64,000 nt of DNA, taken from positions 28,664-92,663 of the forward strand of contig NZ_JBOICA010000004.1 in NCBI RefSeq assembly GCF_050739775.1, read 5' to 3'. Position 1 is the stretch's first letter, and every line of letters begins with the position of its first letter. The notes below the pieces were generated by a model that saw only the letters and a list, made by a program, of their open reading frames with translations, was not told the DNA's origin and ran no database searches. This document shows, in pieces, positions 47,878-56,756 of this stretch. Origin of the DNA: Pseudomonas sp. (GTDB taxonomy: Bacteria; Pseudomonadota; Gammaproteobacteria; Pseudomonadales; Pseudomonadaceae). A program made the translations under genes and the position numbers.

Positions 47878-49342
47878 GATCCCCTCCCGCTGCAACATTG
47901 AAATTCAGGCACACGCGGGTTCCTTCCTCTTCGCGGCTGGTCAGGCTGACCGCGCCGCCGAAACGCTCCATTATTCGTTTGACCAACACCAACCCGACAC
48001 CCAGGCCGCCCTGTTTGGTGGTGAAAAAAGGGTTGAAGACCATGCGCTCCTGTTGCTGGCTCATGCCCTTGCCGGTATCACTCAAGGTTAGCTGGACCTT
48101 GCCTTCACCGGTCAACTCAAGCACCTCCAGAGTCAGCCGGCCGCCGCCTGGCATCGCCTCGAGCGCATTGGAAAACAGGCTGTTGAGGATCTGCGTGAGC
48201 AACACCGGCTGACTCACCACCAACACCGTCGGCGGTGCACTGACCTGCAGTTGCACTTTGTTGCGCTCGGTCTGCTGGGCGAAGGCGCTGCAGGTATCTT
48301 CAATCGCCGCGATCAGGTCAACGGCTTCGGCATCGTCCTTCAACGGCCGCAACGACACCAGCAACTCACGCACCCAACGCGACATACGGTCGACCTGATC
48401 GATGATGTCGCCGATATTTTTTTGCGAACGCTCACTGGCGATTTCCTGAGCCAATTCGGCGCTGGAGCGAATGGTGGCCAGTGGATTGCGCAAACTGTGG
48501 GCCACCGCCGAGGACATTTCTCCCAGCGCGACAAAGGTTTCGCTGGCCATCAGCTTGGTCTGTTGCGTGTGCAAGAGGCTCGCAGCACGGCGCACGATCC
48601 AGAACAGGCCGAAGTAGACCAGCGCGCCACCGAGCAGGGTCGAGGTCCAGATCAGCACATAGCCGCGCTGGATGCGCCTTACCAGGTCCTGGGGTTCCTT
48701 GTACACCTCCACCATCGACAGCACCTGAGTGCCACTGTCGTCGAACATGGGAATGTAGTTCTCGATGAACAGGTACTGCGGCTCACGCTGGAGCTTCTGT
48801 TCTTCGCGGTCCTCATCGGCCTTGTGATAACTGGCCGACACTGCTACTCGCGAGTTGAACGACTCGTCGAGGTCGTCATCGCCGACAATCTTCTGGCCAA
48901 TCAACTGGGGATTGGTAGACCAGACAATGGTTCGGTCCAGGGCATAGACATTGATCAGCAGGGTGTCGGGCAGGTGTTCGACATGGTCGAGAAACTCGAT
49001 ACGCGTGGACGCCGCCAGGTCAGCACTGATCCCCGGATGCTGCTTGTCCATGCGCGGATCCAGCAATTGCGCCATGGTGGTGCCCGGCGGAATCCGCGAA
49101 TGGCGCACCTCGGCCTTGGCCATGGCCTGGATGAACTGGGCGGTGAGCATGGCATCGCGCTCGACGCTGTCATTGACCACAAAACGCGTCGAGACATAGC
49201 CCAGGCCCACTGCCACCGAGGCAATGATCAACAGGCTGACCACGGAGAACCAGCGCAGCAAGTTGAATTCGCGCATGGCTCCGTCGGTTGTCGCCCGGGA
49301 GTCGCGATCCTCATTGGCAAGATTCTGGTCCAGCTCCTGCAT
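47846..49342 (-). CDS. Membrane sensor histidine kinase 1
   Basis: Two TM segments; H-box AHSLRNPL, NALEAM, DTGKGM, FFTTK, GLGVGL. Start could be 49276. Confidence 0.9.
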   Translation of the reverse strand: MQELDQNLANEDRDSRATTDGAMREFNLLRWFSVVSLLIIASVAVGLGYVSTRFVVNDSVERDAMLTAQFIQAMAKAEVRHSRIPPGTTMAQLLDPRMDKQHPGISADLAASTRIEFLDHVEHLPDTLLINVYALDRTIVWSTNPQLIGQKIVGDDDLDESFNSRVAVSASYHKADEDREEQKLQREPQYLFIENYIPMFDDSGTQVLSMVEVYKEPQDLVRRIQRGYVLIWTSTLLGGALVYFGLFWIVRRAASLLHTQQTKLMASETFVALGEMSSAVAHSLRNPLATIRSSAELAQEIASERSQKNIGDIIDQVDRMSRWVRELLVSLRPLKDDAEAVDLIAAIEDTCSAFAQQTERNKVQLQVSAPPTVLVVSQPVLLTQILNSLFSNALEAMPGGGRLTLEVLELTGEGKVQLTLSDTGKGMSQQQERMVFNPFFTTKQGGLGVGLVLVKRIMERFGGAVSLTSREEEGTRVCLNFNVAAGGDHGAQHPGGGG

Positions 49343-49447
49343 CGAGTCTTCCTTGCGGGCTGTTTTTATCAGAATTTATAGCGCAGGCAGATTCCGGCGT
49401 TTGACATCAATACTAATAGCCTCGCACGCAGTGATAGTATTTTGCCT

Positions 49448-50911
49448 CTACTGGGCCTGACGGCTAATGCGAAAACTCAGTTGTACGCAGGTGCCCTTGC
49501 CTTCACGGCTGCTGAGCCGCACCGTCCCGCTGAAACGCTCCATAATCCGTTTGACCAGCACCAAGCCCACGCCCAGGCCACTTTGTTTGGTAGTGAAAAA
49601 AGGTTTGAAGGCCATGCGCATTTGTTCATCGGTCATGCCTCTGCCACTGTCACTCAAGCGCAGTGTCAGGGTCTTGCGATTGTGCTGAATCTGTTCAATG
49701 CGCAGCGTACCGCCTTCGCTCATCGCCTCCAGGGCGTTGCCGATCAGGCTGTTGAAGACTTGTCCGAGCAGCCCCGGCTGGCTGAGCACCCAGGCGTTGG
49801 ACAGTGAATCCACCTGAACCTGTATGCCCTGGCGCCTCAGTTGCAGGGTGAAGGCCTGCAAGCTGTCGTGTAGCACCCGCTCCAGTTCCACCGGTTCGGC
49901 CGCGTCATTGAGTGGCCGCAACGACTGCAGCAACTGACGCACCCAGTGCGACATGCGATCGACCTGGTTGATGATATCGCCGATGTTCTTCTTCGCCGGG
50001 CCTTCTTCTATCTCCTGGGCCAGTTCGGCACTGGAACGGATGCTGGCCAGGGGGTTACGCAGGCTGTGGGCCACGGCCGATGACATTTCACCCAGGGCCA
50101 CGAACGTTTCATTGTTGATCAGGCGCTTGTGCTGCACAGACAGCTGCCGGGCGGCGCGGTACATCAGCCAGTACAAGCCGCCGTAGACCAGCGCCGCCCC
50201 CACGGCGACCGCCAGCCAGATCAGCAGCAGGCCGCGTTCAATGCGCAGGATAAGATCACGGGGTTCCTTGTAGATTTCGACCATGGCCGTGACATTAACG
50301 CCATCGGCGTCGAACAACGGTATGTAGTTTTCGATAAACAATTGCTCGGGCGGGGTGATGAACTTCTGTTCGCTTCGGGCCTGATCGACATCATGGTAGC
50401 TGGCCGAAACCCGCACCTTGTCATCGAAGGCACGGTCGAGGTCTTCATCGGCCTCAATCATCCTGCCCACCAGCGCCGGGTTGCTCGACCAGATCACCGT
50501 GCGATCCGGGGCATAGATGTTGACCAGGAGCATGTCCGGCAGGTTGGCGACATGGTCGAGAAACTCACCCCGGGCATTGCGTCGCGCCTCGGGGTTGACC
50601 TCAGGGAAGCTCTGATCCAGTCGTGGATCGAGCAGTTCACCCATGGTGCGAACATTGGGAATGGACACGTGACGTACTTCAGCCAAAGCGATTGACTGAA
50701 TGAATTGCGCGGTAAGCAGCGCATCACGTTCGACGCTTTCGTTGATCACGAAACGGGTAGAGATCAGGCCAAGCCCAACGGCCACCGAGAGGATGATCGC
50801 CAAGCTGACGAAGGCATACCAACGCAACAGGTTGAACGGCCGTTTGACTGGCGCTTCACTGCGCACGGTTTCTTGCAAGGAGGGTGAATCCAGGCGTGAT
50901 TGCAGGCCCAT
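49448..50911 (-). CDS. Membrane sensor histidine kinase 2 (paralogue of kinase 1)
   Basis: Same architecture; FNLLRW...STRFV..SVERDA.LTAQFIQ, ENYIP and AHSLRNPL shared with kinase 1. Confidence 0.9.
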   Translation of the reverse strand: MGLQSRLDSPSLQETVRSEAPVKRPFNLLRWYAFVSLAIILSVAVGLGLISTRFVINESVERDALLTAQFIQSIALAEVRHVSIPNVRTMGELLDPRLDQSFPEVNPEARRNARGEFLDHVANLPDMLLVNIYAPDRTVIWSSNPALVGRMIEADEDLDRAFDDKVRVSASYHDVDQARSEQKFITPPEQLFIENYIPLFDADGVNVTAMVEIYKEPRDLILRIERGLLLIWLAVAVGAALVYGGLYWLMYRAARQLSVQHKRLINNETFVALGEMSSAVAHSLRNPLASIRSSAELAQEIEEGPAKKNIGDIINQVDRMSHWVRQLLQSLRPLNDAAEPVELERVLHDSLQAFTLQLRRQGIQVQVDSLSNAWVLSQPGLLGQVFNSLIGNALEAMSEGGTLRIEQIQHNRKTLTLRLSDSGRGMTDEQMRMAFKPFFTTKQSGLGVGLVLVKRIMERFSGTVRLSSREGKGTCVQLSFRISRQAQ

Positions 50912-50961
50912 CGCGAACTCCAGGCAAATGACTTCTTAGGTTATAGCCCAGTTACCTTCGA

Positions 50962-51003
50962 TTGCCCCGTTTGCTTGCCCCAATTGCCCCCAACCCTGGG
51001 GCA
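50962..51003. promoter_or_regulatory. Candidate upstream activator sequences for the bEBP
   Basis: TTGCCCC three times (50962, 50975, 50984) and TGCCCC-N7-GGGGCA (50985-51003), 75-115 bp upstream of the -24 element. Confidence 0.5.
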
Positions 51004-51077
51004 TCGGCCCCGCCAAGTCTGCTCTCGGCCAATGCGAAAATCCTCTGCAAACCAGGCCCCACAAGCCTTTCTCCATA

Positions 51078-51094
51078 TTGGTATGGAAGTTGCC
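51078..51094 (+). promoter_or_regulatory. Sigma54 -24/-12 promoter
   Basis: TTGGTATGGAAGTTGCC: exact GG-N10-GC spacing, close to YTGGCACGNNNNTTGCW; 54 bp upstream of the ATG at 51149. Confidence 0.7.
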
Positions 51095-51148
51095 AAACCT
51101 TGTGCAGACGACCCAAGCCCATGGGCCCGATTGCAAGAGGGAAGACTC

Positions 51149-52495
51149 ATGCCCCGTCCAACGCCCCACCCCCTGGCTTTATTGGTCCTGGCCAGCCTGA
51201 TTCAGGCACCGGCCCAGGCTGCACTGTTTGAAGTAGATTCCGGCCCTTACCTGCCGGCCACTGGCGGATTCGCCGCCTGGTACCAGGACACTCACGGCCG
51301 GGTGCTCGACCTGTGCTTATCCAAGGCTGTCAGCTCGCGGGTGGCCGGGGCTCCCGGTGCGCCCTCGTACATGTGTGTGCTGAATCCGGCGCCTGGAGTG
51401 TTCGATGACACCCAGCCAATCAGCTTTCCCACCAACTACCCCGACGAAACCTTCTGGTTTGCCGCCAATGCGGCGATTGTCGACGTGGCCCGCGGCATCG
51501 ATTTGAGCTACGTCACCGCCGTCGAGGCGGCCTTCGCCGCCGAAGAAGTGGTCGATGGCGATCAGGTCAGCTTCGCCCGGGTTCGTATCCGTGTCGATGT
51601 ACCCACCGCAGGCACCTACATCGTCACCCACCCCTACGGTGTCGAAGTGTTCGATGTGCCGGAGGCCGGTACGCGGGCGATCAACATGACCCGCGACATC
51701 GGTATTGGTGGAAAGAAAACCTACACGGGTGCGCTCAAAGGTGATGTTGGCCCGTTCCTGCGCGGCGTCGGTGGCCCCTATACCGAGACCAACCCGCAGA
51801 GCGGCGCCAGCGAACGCTACATCGGCGATCCAAACCTCAATGAAGCGGTAACCGGCAGCCCGTTCAACACCAACTTCGTGCGCATCGAAGGGCCCAACGG
51901 CCTGGACCTGCAGACCACGCTGTTCTCGGTCTCCGGCAAACTCTCCGACGTTGTACGGCCAACCCCGGTGATTGCCCAGCGCAGCACCTACTCGCGCCGC
52001 AGCGATAACGGCGACCTGCGTGCCCAGCAGGATGTCTTTGTGCAGGCACCGCCACCACCGGGCACTGCCACCCTGGTCAGCCAGACCCCGAACCTGAGCC
52101 TCACCGAAGCCAACTCCACCGGTGCCTGGTACAGCCAGTCGGCGCTCAACCCGGCACTGCCATTGAACCTGCAAGTGACCGCCGACAACCAGTTGGCGAT
52201 CCCCAGCAGCACCCCGACCACCCTTACCCTGCCGCTGACCGACCTGATCGTCATCCAGCGTGCCGAGTTCAGCCTGGCGTCCGGACAACTGACCCTGGTC
52301 GCCTCGACCAGCGACGAAACCAGCCCTCCGGTACTCAGCGCCCACACCGCAAATGGCGCCGCCATCGGCACCCTGAGCGGTAATGGCGCAGTCAAGACGC
52401 TCACCACCGGGCTCTCGCCGATCCCGCCGGCCAAGATCACGGTGACCAGCGCCAATGGCGGTAGCGACAGCGAAGAAGTGGTGCTCGTGCCATGA
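51149..52495 (+). CDS. Secreted beta-rich protein of unrecognised family (paralogue A)
   Basis: 448 aa from MPRPTPH; Sec signal ending AQA; Cys pair; Pro/Thr/Gly-rich. Confidence 0.85.
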   Translation: MPRPTPHPLALLVLASLIQAPAQAALFEVDSGPYLPATGGFAAWYQDTHGRVLDLCLSKAVSSRVAGAPGAPSYMCVLNPAPGVFDDTQPISFPTNYPDETFWFAANAAIVDVARGIDLSYVTAVEAAFAAEEVVDGDQVSFARVRIRVDVPTAGTYIVTHPYGVEVFDVPEAGTRAINMTRDIGIGGKKTYTGALKGDVGPFLRGVGGPYTETNPQSGASERYIGDPNLNEAVTGSPFNTNFVRIEGPNGLDLQTTLFSVSGKLSDVVRPTPVIAQRSTYSRRSDNGDLRAQQDVFVQAPPPPGTATLVSQTPNLSLTEANSTGAWYSQSALNPALPLNLQVTADNQLAIPSSTPTTLTLPLTDLIVIQRAEFSLASGQLTLVASTSDETSPPVLSAHTANGAAIGTLSGNGAVKTLTTGLSPIPPAKITVTSANGGSDSEEVVLVP

Positions 52496-52530
52496 ACATC
52501 ATCACGCCACGTCCCGTAGCAGGAGGCAGC

Positions 52531-54759
52531 ATGAATAACTGGCCACGCCTGGCGCTTTGCGCAGCCGGGCTTTCCCTCTCGCTGGCCGGCACTGCCTGGG
52601 CCGGCCTCAAAGCGGTCGATCCGGGCCCCTACACCCTGGCCACCGGGCGTTACCCGATGTGGTACCAGGACCACAACGACCTGTCCTTGGAGCTGTGCCA
52701 ATCAAGAGCGGCAAGCTCGCGGGTACCAGCGTCGGTGCCACCGGCCTATATGTGCACCCTGCTGCCCGAGCCTGGCGTCTACGACGATGCCCTGCCCCTG
52801 GTGTTCCCGGATAACTGGCCACCGGAGATGTTCTGGTACCTGGCTGAAACCGCGATTCCGGCCGCGGGCAACAGCGGCTATGAACTGGACAGTTATGTCG
52901 CCGCCATCGAAGCGGCGTTCGCCAGCGAGAACCCGATCGATGGCGACCAACTGAGCTTTGCCCGTATCCGCATCCGCGTCTCGGTGCCACAGGCCGGCAC
53001 CTACGTGATCACCCACCCCTACGGCGAAGAGACCGTCAACGTCACTACCCCCGGACGGCGAGCGATCAACATCACCCGTGATGTCGGCATCGGTGCACCC
53101 GGCAATTTCAGTGGTGCACTCAATGGCGCACTCGGCCCGTACCTGCGCGGCGTCGGTGGTCCCTACACCGAGATCAACCCGGACACGGGCGCCAGCGAAA
53201 CCTATATCGGTGACCCGAATCTCACTGAGCAGGTCACCGGTAGCCCGTTCAACACCAACTTCGTGCGTATCCAAGGCCCGGCCGGGACCATCCAGACCAA
53301 CCTCTTCACCGTTTCCGGCAAAGTCCTCGACCCCCGTGAGCAGACACCTGCGGAACTGGAGCGTGCCAGCTATCGGCGTACAGCCGACGGTACCCGGATA
53401 GAGGTGTTCGCCAATGCACCGAACAACGCCACCCTGTGCTTCCGTGAAACGCTGGCTCTGGTCCCCGGCACTCCGCCTTCGCCTTGCCAGTTCAACCTGC
53501 TGGCCGACAATAACGGACTGTTCTTTGCCAATCACCTGAGCACTGGCGCGCCGCCACCTGTGATCGTGGTCACGGCCACCGACCCGAGCGGTGCTACCCG
53601 CCCCACCGCGCTGTCGCGCAAGCTCAGCGATGTGGTCAAGATCACCACCGCGCGCTACGACTGGGCCACCAAACGCCTGCGGATCGAAGCCAGCTCCAGT
53701 GACGAGGTGCAGGTGCCCGACCTGGTCGCCCAGGGCTATGGCCGCCTGTCCAAGTCCGGCCCCCTGCAAAGCCTGACAGTCAATGATCTGGTACAGCCTC
53801 CGGCCAGTGTCACGATCAAGTCTGCCGCAGGTGGCGGTGACACCGAAGCGGTGGTGGTGGTCGGCAATGCGCCGGTCGAAACCGCTAATCAGGCGCCGGT
53901 GGCTCAAGCGGACGTCGGTAGCACCCCCTTCAACCAACCGTTGAGCGTCAACCTGCTGGCCAACGACAGCGACCCAGATGGCGATGTGCCGCTGGCGATC
54001 ACCGACCTTACCCAGCCGGCCACAGGTCAAGGCAGCGTTACTCTGACCAGCAGTACCGCGGTGCTCTACACACCACCGCCGGTGATCAGCGCACCACTGA
54101 CCGCGACCTTCACCTACCGGGCCCAGGACAGCAAAGGGCTGAAGTCGGCGGTCACCACGGTGACGATCAACGTGGCCCCGAACCAGGCGCCAACGGCTGT
54201 CAACGACACCGCCACAACCCAAGGTGTCGCCCTGCCGATCAACGTCCTGACCAACGATACCGACCCGGACGGCAACCTGCCCCTGACGATCGCCAGCGTG
54301 ACTCAACCCGCCCTCGGACGCGGCACGGTCAGCTCCAATGGCAGTCAAGTCACCTACACCCCACCGGCCGTGATCCTTACGCCTTTCACCACCACCTTTA
54401 CCTACATCGCCCGGGACAGCGCAGGCGCCCTGTCGGCACCGGCCACGGTCACTGTGCAGGTCTCGCCACGGCCGCCGGCAGAGAACTTCACCGTCACCGC
54501 CGCGACCGTCACGGCACGCGCCGGCAACCGCTTTACCTGGGACATCTCCGGCACCTCGTCAGCGATCCTGCTCAACGCCGTTACCGTGCAGGTCACTACC
54601 CCGACCGGTTTGGTCACCCTGGGCACTACCCCTGTACCGCTGACCGGACGCTGGCGGCTGACAGTCACCAGTACCACGGTGATCCCGAGCGCAGCACCAA
54701 CGGCGACCGTCACCACCAGCCAGGGCACCGTCCGTACCGTGCCGGTTACCGTGCAGTAG
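52531..54759 (+). CDS. Secreted protein, paralogue B, with two cadherin-like/Big_9 Ig repeats
   Basis: 742 aa from MNNWPRL with RBS AGGAGG; same N-terminal domain as paralogue A; repeats NQAP.A..D...N.L.ND.DPDG..PL...TQP...YTPP...FTY.A.DS.G at about 53887 and 54181. Confidence 0.88.
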   Translation: MNNWPRLALCAAGLSLSLAGTAWAGLKAVDPGPYTLATGRYPMWYQDHNDLSLELCQSRAASSRVPASVPPAYMCTLLPEPGVYDDALPLVFPDNWPPEMFWYLAETAIPAAGNSGYELDSYVAAIEAAFASENPIDGDQLSFARIRIRVSVPQAGTYVITHPYGEETVNVTTPGRRAINITRDVGIGAPGNFSGALNGALGPYLRGVGGPYTEINPDTGASETYIGDPNLTEQVTGSPFNTNFVRIQGPAGTIQTNLFTVSGKVLDPREQTPAELERASYRRTADGTRIEVFANAPNNATLCFRETLALVPGTPPSPCQFNLLADNNGLFFANHLSTGAPPPVIVVTATDPSGATRPTALSRKLSDVVKITTARYDWATKRLRIEASSSDEVQVPDLVAQGYGRLSKSGPLQSLTVNDLVQPPASVTIKSAAGGGDTEAVVVVGNAPVETANQAPVAQADVGSTPFNQPLSVNLLANDSDPDGDVPLAITDLTQPATGQGSVTLTSSTAVLYTPPPVISAPLTATFTYRAQDSKGLKSAVTTVTINVAPNQAPTAVNDTATTQGVALPINVLTNDTDPDGNLPLTIASVTQPALGRGTVSSNGSQVTYTPPAVILTPFTTTFTYIARDSAGALSAPATVTVQVSPRPPAENFTVTAATVTARAGNRFTWDISGTSSAILLNAVTVQVTTPTGLVTLGTTPVPLTGRWRLTVTSTTVIPSAAPTATVTTSQGTVRTVPVTVQ

Positions 54760-54777
54760 AACGCAGGAGACATGACC

Positions 54778-55251
54778 ATGGCGCGCCTGACCACCTTGCT
54801 GCTTTGCCTGACCCTGAGCGCTCAGGCCGCCGTGGCCAACGACTTGATGGATAACGCCGACCTTGGTCCCGGTGGGGATCTGGACGAGCCGCTGTCGATG
54901 CAACCACTGCCAGTCAGCGCCGGGCAGCAGGCGCAGGTCGAGCAGAACGGGCAAGCCAACCGCGCCGCCATCGGCCAGGACGGTCAGGCCCTGCTGGGCC
55001 GCATCGTTCAGTCCGGTGGAGCGCAAGAGGCGTACATCCTGCAACAAGGTAACGACCTGATGGCCACCATCCACCAACAAGGCTATGGCAATAGCGCCGC
55101 GATCGCTCAGAGCGGCAGCAACAACCGCGCGAACATCGAGCAATACGGCAACAGCAACAGCGCCAGCATCGTCCAGGCCGGCACCGGGCTGCAAAGCTCG
55201 GTGATCCAGGCCGGCAACGGTCAGCGCATACAGGTCAACCAATACCGTTAA
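54778..55251 (+). CDS. csgB: Curlin minor subunit (CsgB-like)
   Basis: Signal peptide; about 5 Q-x-G-x-x-N-x-A-x-I-x-Q repeats; ends IQVNQYR. RBS spacing favours ATG 54778 over 54772. Confidence 0.8.
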   Translation: MARLTTLLLCLTLSAQAAVANDLMDNADLGPGGDLDEPLSMQPLPVSAGQQAQVEQNGQANRAAIGQDGQALLGRIVQSGGAQEAYILQQGNDLMATIHQQGYGNSAAIAQSGSNNRANIEQYGNSNSASIVQAGTGLQSSVIQAGNGQRIQVNQYR

Positions 55252-55268
55252 ACCCTGGAGGCACCACC

Positions 55269-56714
55269 ATGTTCAAGCTCGCTCCCTTAAGCGCCGCCAT
55301 TGTTCTGTGCCTTGCTGGCCAGGCGATGGCTGACGAAAGCCAGTCGACTCAAAACCAGTCCGGTACCGAGAACATCGCTGAGGTCAAACAGACGACCGCC
55401 GCGTTAAGCATCACCACCCAGGACCAGGTCGGCCTGGGCAACAACCACGCCGCCAAGCAGGAAGGTGGCAACAGCTACATTCAGCAAAGCACGGACGGTG
55501 ACTACAACGCCGGCTACGCCGAGCAACTGTTCGAGTATGGCAGCCAGATCAACCAGCAATCGGCCGGTTCCCTGAACAACACCCATGCCAGCCAGTCCCT
55601 GGGTACCGAAAACCAGGCCGAGCAAACCCAGGAAGGCAGCGGCAACTTCTCGTTCGTCTACCAGGACAGCCAGACTGGCAGCACGGGCACCACTATGCAG
55701 TACGGTAACGATAACCGCGCCTTTGTCGAGCAACTGAACAACACCGCCGCCAACAACACCCTGAGCATCCAGGACGGTACCGACAACTACAGCGCCGCCG
55801 AACACATCAACCATAACGACGGCCAGATCGGTATCTATCAGACCGGTAACAGTAACTGGGCCTATGGCGACCAGCGCGAAGGCCAGGCGGGCACCCTCAC
55901 CATTACCCAGAACGGTACCGGCAACTCCACCGAAGTCTGGCAGGACACCCAGGCTGACAGCCACGCCTCGGTAACCCAATTTGGCCTGAGCAACGAAGGC
56001 GTCATCGACCAGAGTTTTGGTGTAAACAACAACGCCAACCTCTTCCAGAGCGGCAACCTCAATGCCATCTATGCCGACCAGTACGAGTCGATGGGGTCGC
56101 TATCGACGCTGGTGCAGACCGGCGACAGCAACGTCAGCTTCACCTATCAGACCGGCGACAGCCATGTCCTGGAGGTCTCCTCCAACGGCACTGGCAACAA
56201 GGTTCTGGCCAGCAACTGGAAAGGCGAGAAAGCCGGTGGCCAGTTCGGCACCAGCCAGACTGCAGCGATCAACCAGAGCGGTACCGGCAACAGCGCCAAC
56301 CTGACCCAGAAGGACGTTGCGCAACTGGCTCGGTTGAATCAAAGCGGTACCGGCAACACCGCCGAACTGACCCAGGTCGACAGCAACAACGAGTTGTACT
56401 TCGAACAGAACGGCACTGACAACCTGCTGATCGCAGATCAACGCGGCACCAACAACTACGCCACAGGTTCCAGTACAGGCGAGAGCAACAGCATCAAGCT
56501 GGACCAGTCCGGCAGTGGCAACCAGAGCTCCACCTGGCAGCTGTATGGCGACAACAACAGCGCCAACATCAAGCAGACCGACGGCATCAACGTCTCCTAC
56601 GTGACCCAGGGTGGTTCCTACAACCAGGCAATAGTCGACCAGAGCGGCGCGAGCATGATCTCAACCATCGAGCAGTATGGTTCCGGCAACCAGGCCACTG
56701 TACTGCAGCAGTAG
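55269..56714 (+). CDS. csgA: Curlin major subunit (long CsgA-like, about 20 repeats)
   Basis: Signal peptide MFKLAPLSAAIVLCLAGQAMA, then about 20 units of 22-24 aa with Q-x-G-x-x-N...Q; Asn/Gln/Ser/Gly-rich. Confidence 0.85.
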   Translation: MFKLAPLSAAIVLCLAGQAMADESQSTQNQSGTENIAEVKQTTAALSITTQDQVGLGNNHAAKQEGGNSYIQQSTDGDYNAGYAEQLFEYGSQINQQSAGSLNNTHASQSLGTENQAEQTQEGSGNFSFVYQDSQTGSTGTTMQYGNDNRAFVEQLNNTAANNTLSIQDGTDNYSAAEHINHNDGQIGIYQTGNSNWAYGDQREGQAGTLTITQNGTGNSTEVWQDTQADSHASVTQFGLSNEGVIDQSFGVNNNANLFQSGNLNAIYADQYESMGSLSTLVQTGDSNVSFTYQTGDSHVLEVSSNGTGNKVLASNWKGEKAGGQFGTSQTAAINQSGTGNSANLTQKDVAQLARLNQSGTGNTAELTQVDSNNELYFEQNGTDNLLIADQRGTNNYATGSSTGESNSIKLDQSGSGNQSSTWQLYGDNNSANIKQTDGINVSYVTQGGSYNQAIVDQSGASMISTIEQYGSGNQATVLQQ

Positions 56715-56721
56715 AAGTGGG

Positions 56722-56734
56722 CTTGCCCCGCGAT
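56722..56734. repeat. REP remnant CTTGCCCCGCGAT
   Basis: GTGGG-CTTGCCCCGCGAT, a REP that lacks its internal AGCGGG. Confidence 0.6.
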
Positions 56735-56756
56735 AAACCGAGCAGATTTCCCGCTT

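Noticed and set aside
49343-49360. Similar leaders GCAAGGAAGACTCG-ATG (hk1) and GCAAGAGGGAAGACTC-ATG (protein A)
   Set aside because: Largely explained by RBS composition; two short instances are not enough to call a motif.
50900-51148. N-terminal extensions given by the ORF track (also for 3961, 4664, 13266, 15335, 24101, 45077, 59983)
   Set aside because: They run through promoter regions or neighbouring genes; downstream starts have RBSs, signal peptides or family-typical N-termini.
46450-54759. PEP-CTERM/exosortase (PrsK-PrsR) system, suggested by EPS plus kinase plus sigma54 regulator plus secreted proteins
   Set aside because: Neither secreted protein ends in PEP-TM-basic residues (they end EEVVLVP and VPVTVQ), and no exosortase gene is present.
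54778-56714. Fap amyloid rather than curli
   Set aside because: Repeats are contiguous 22-24-aa Q-x-G-x-x-N units, not three ~37-aa FapC repeats with linkers; no FapD/FapF-like genes.
46432-56734. 13-bp direct repeat read as a transposon target-site duplication or att site
   Set aside because: The sequence matches the local REP family and there is no integrase or transposase; kept only as a weak REP observation.
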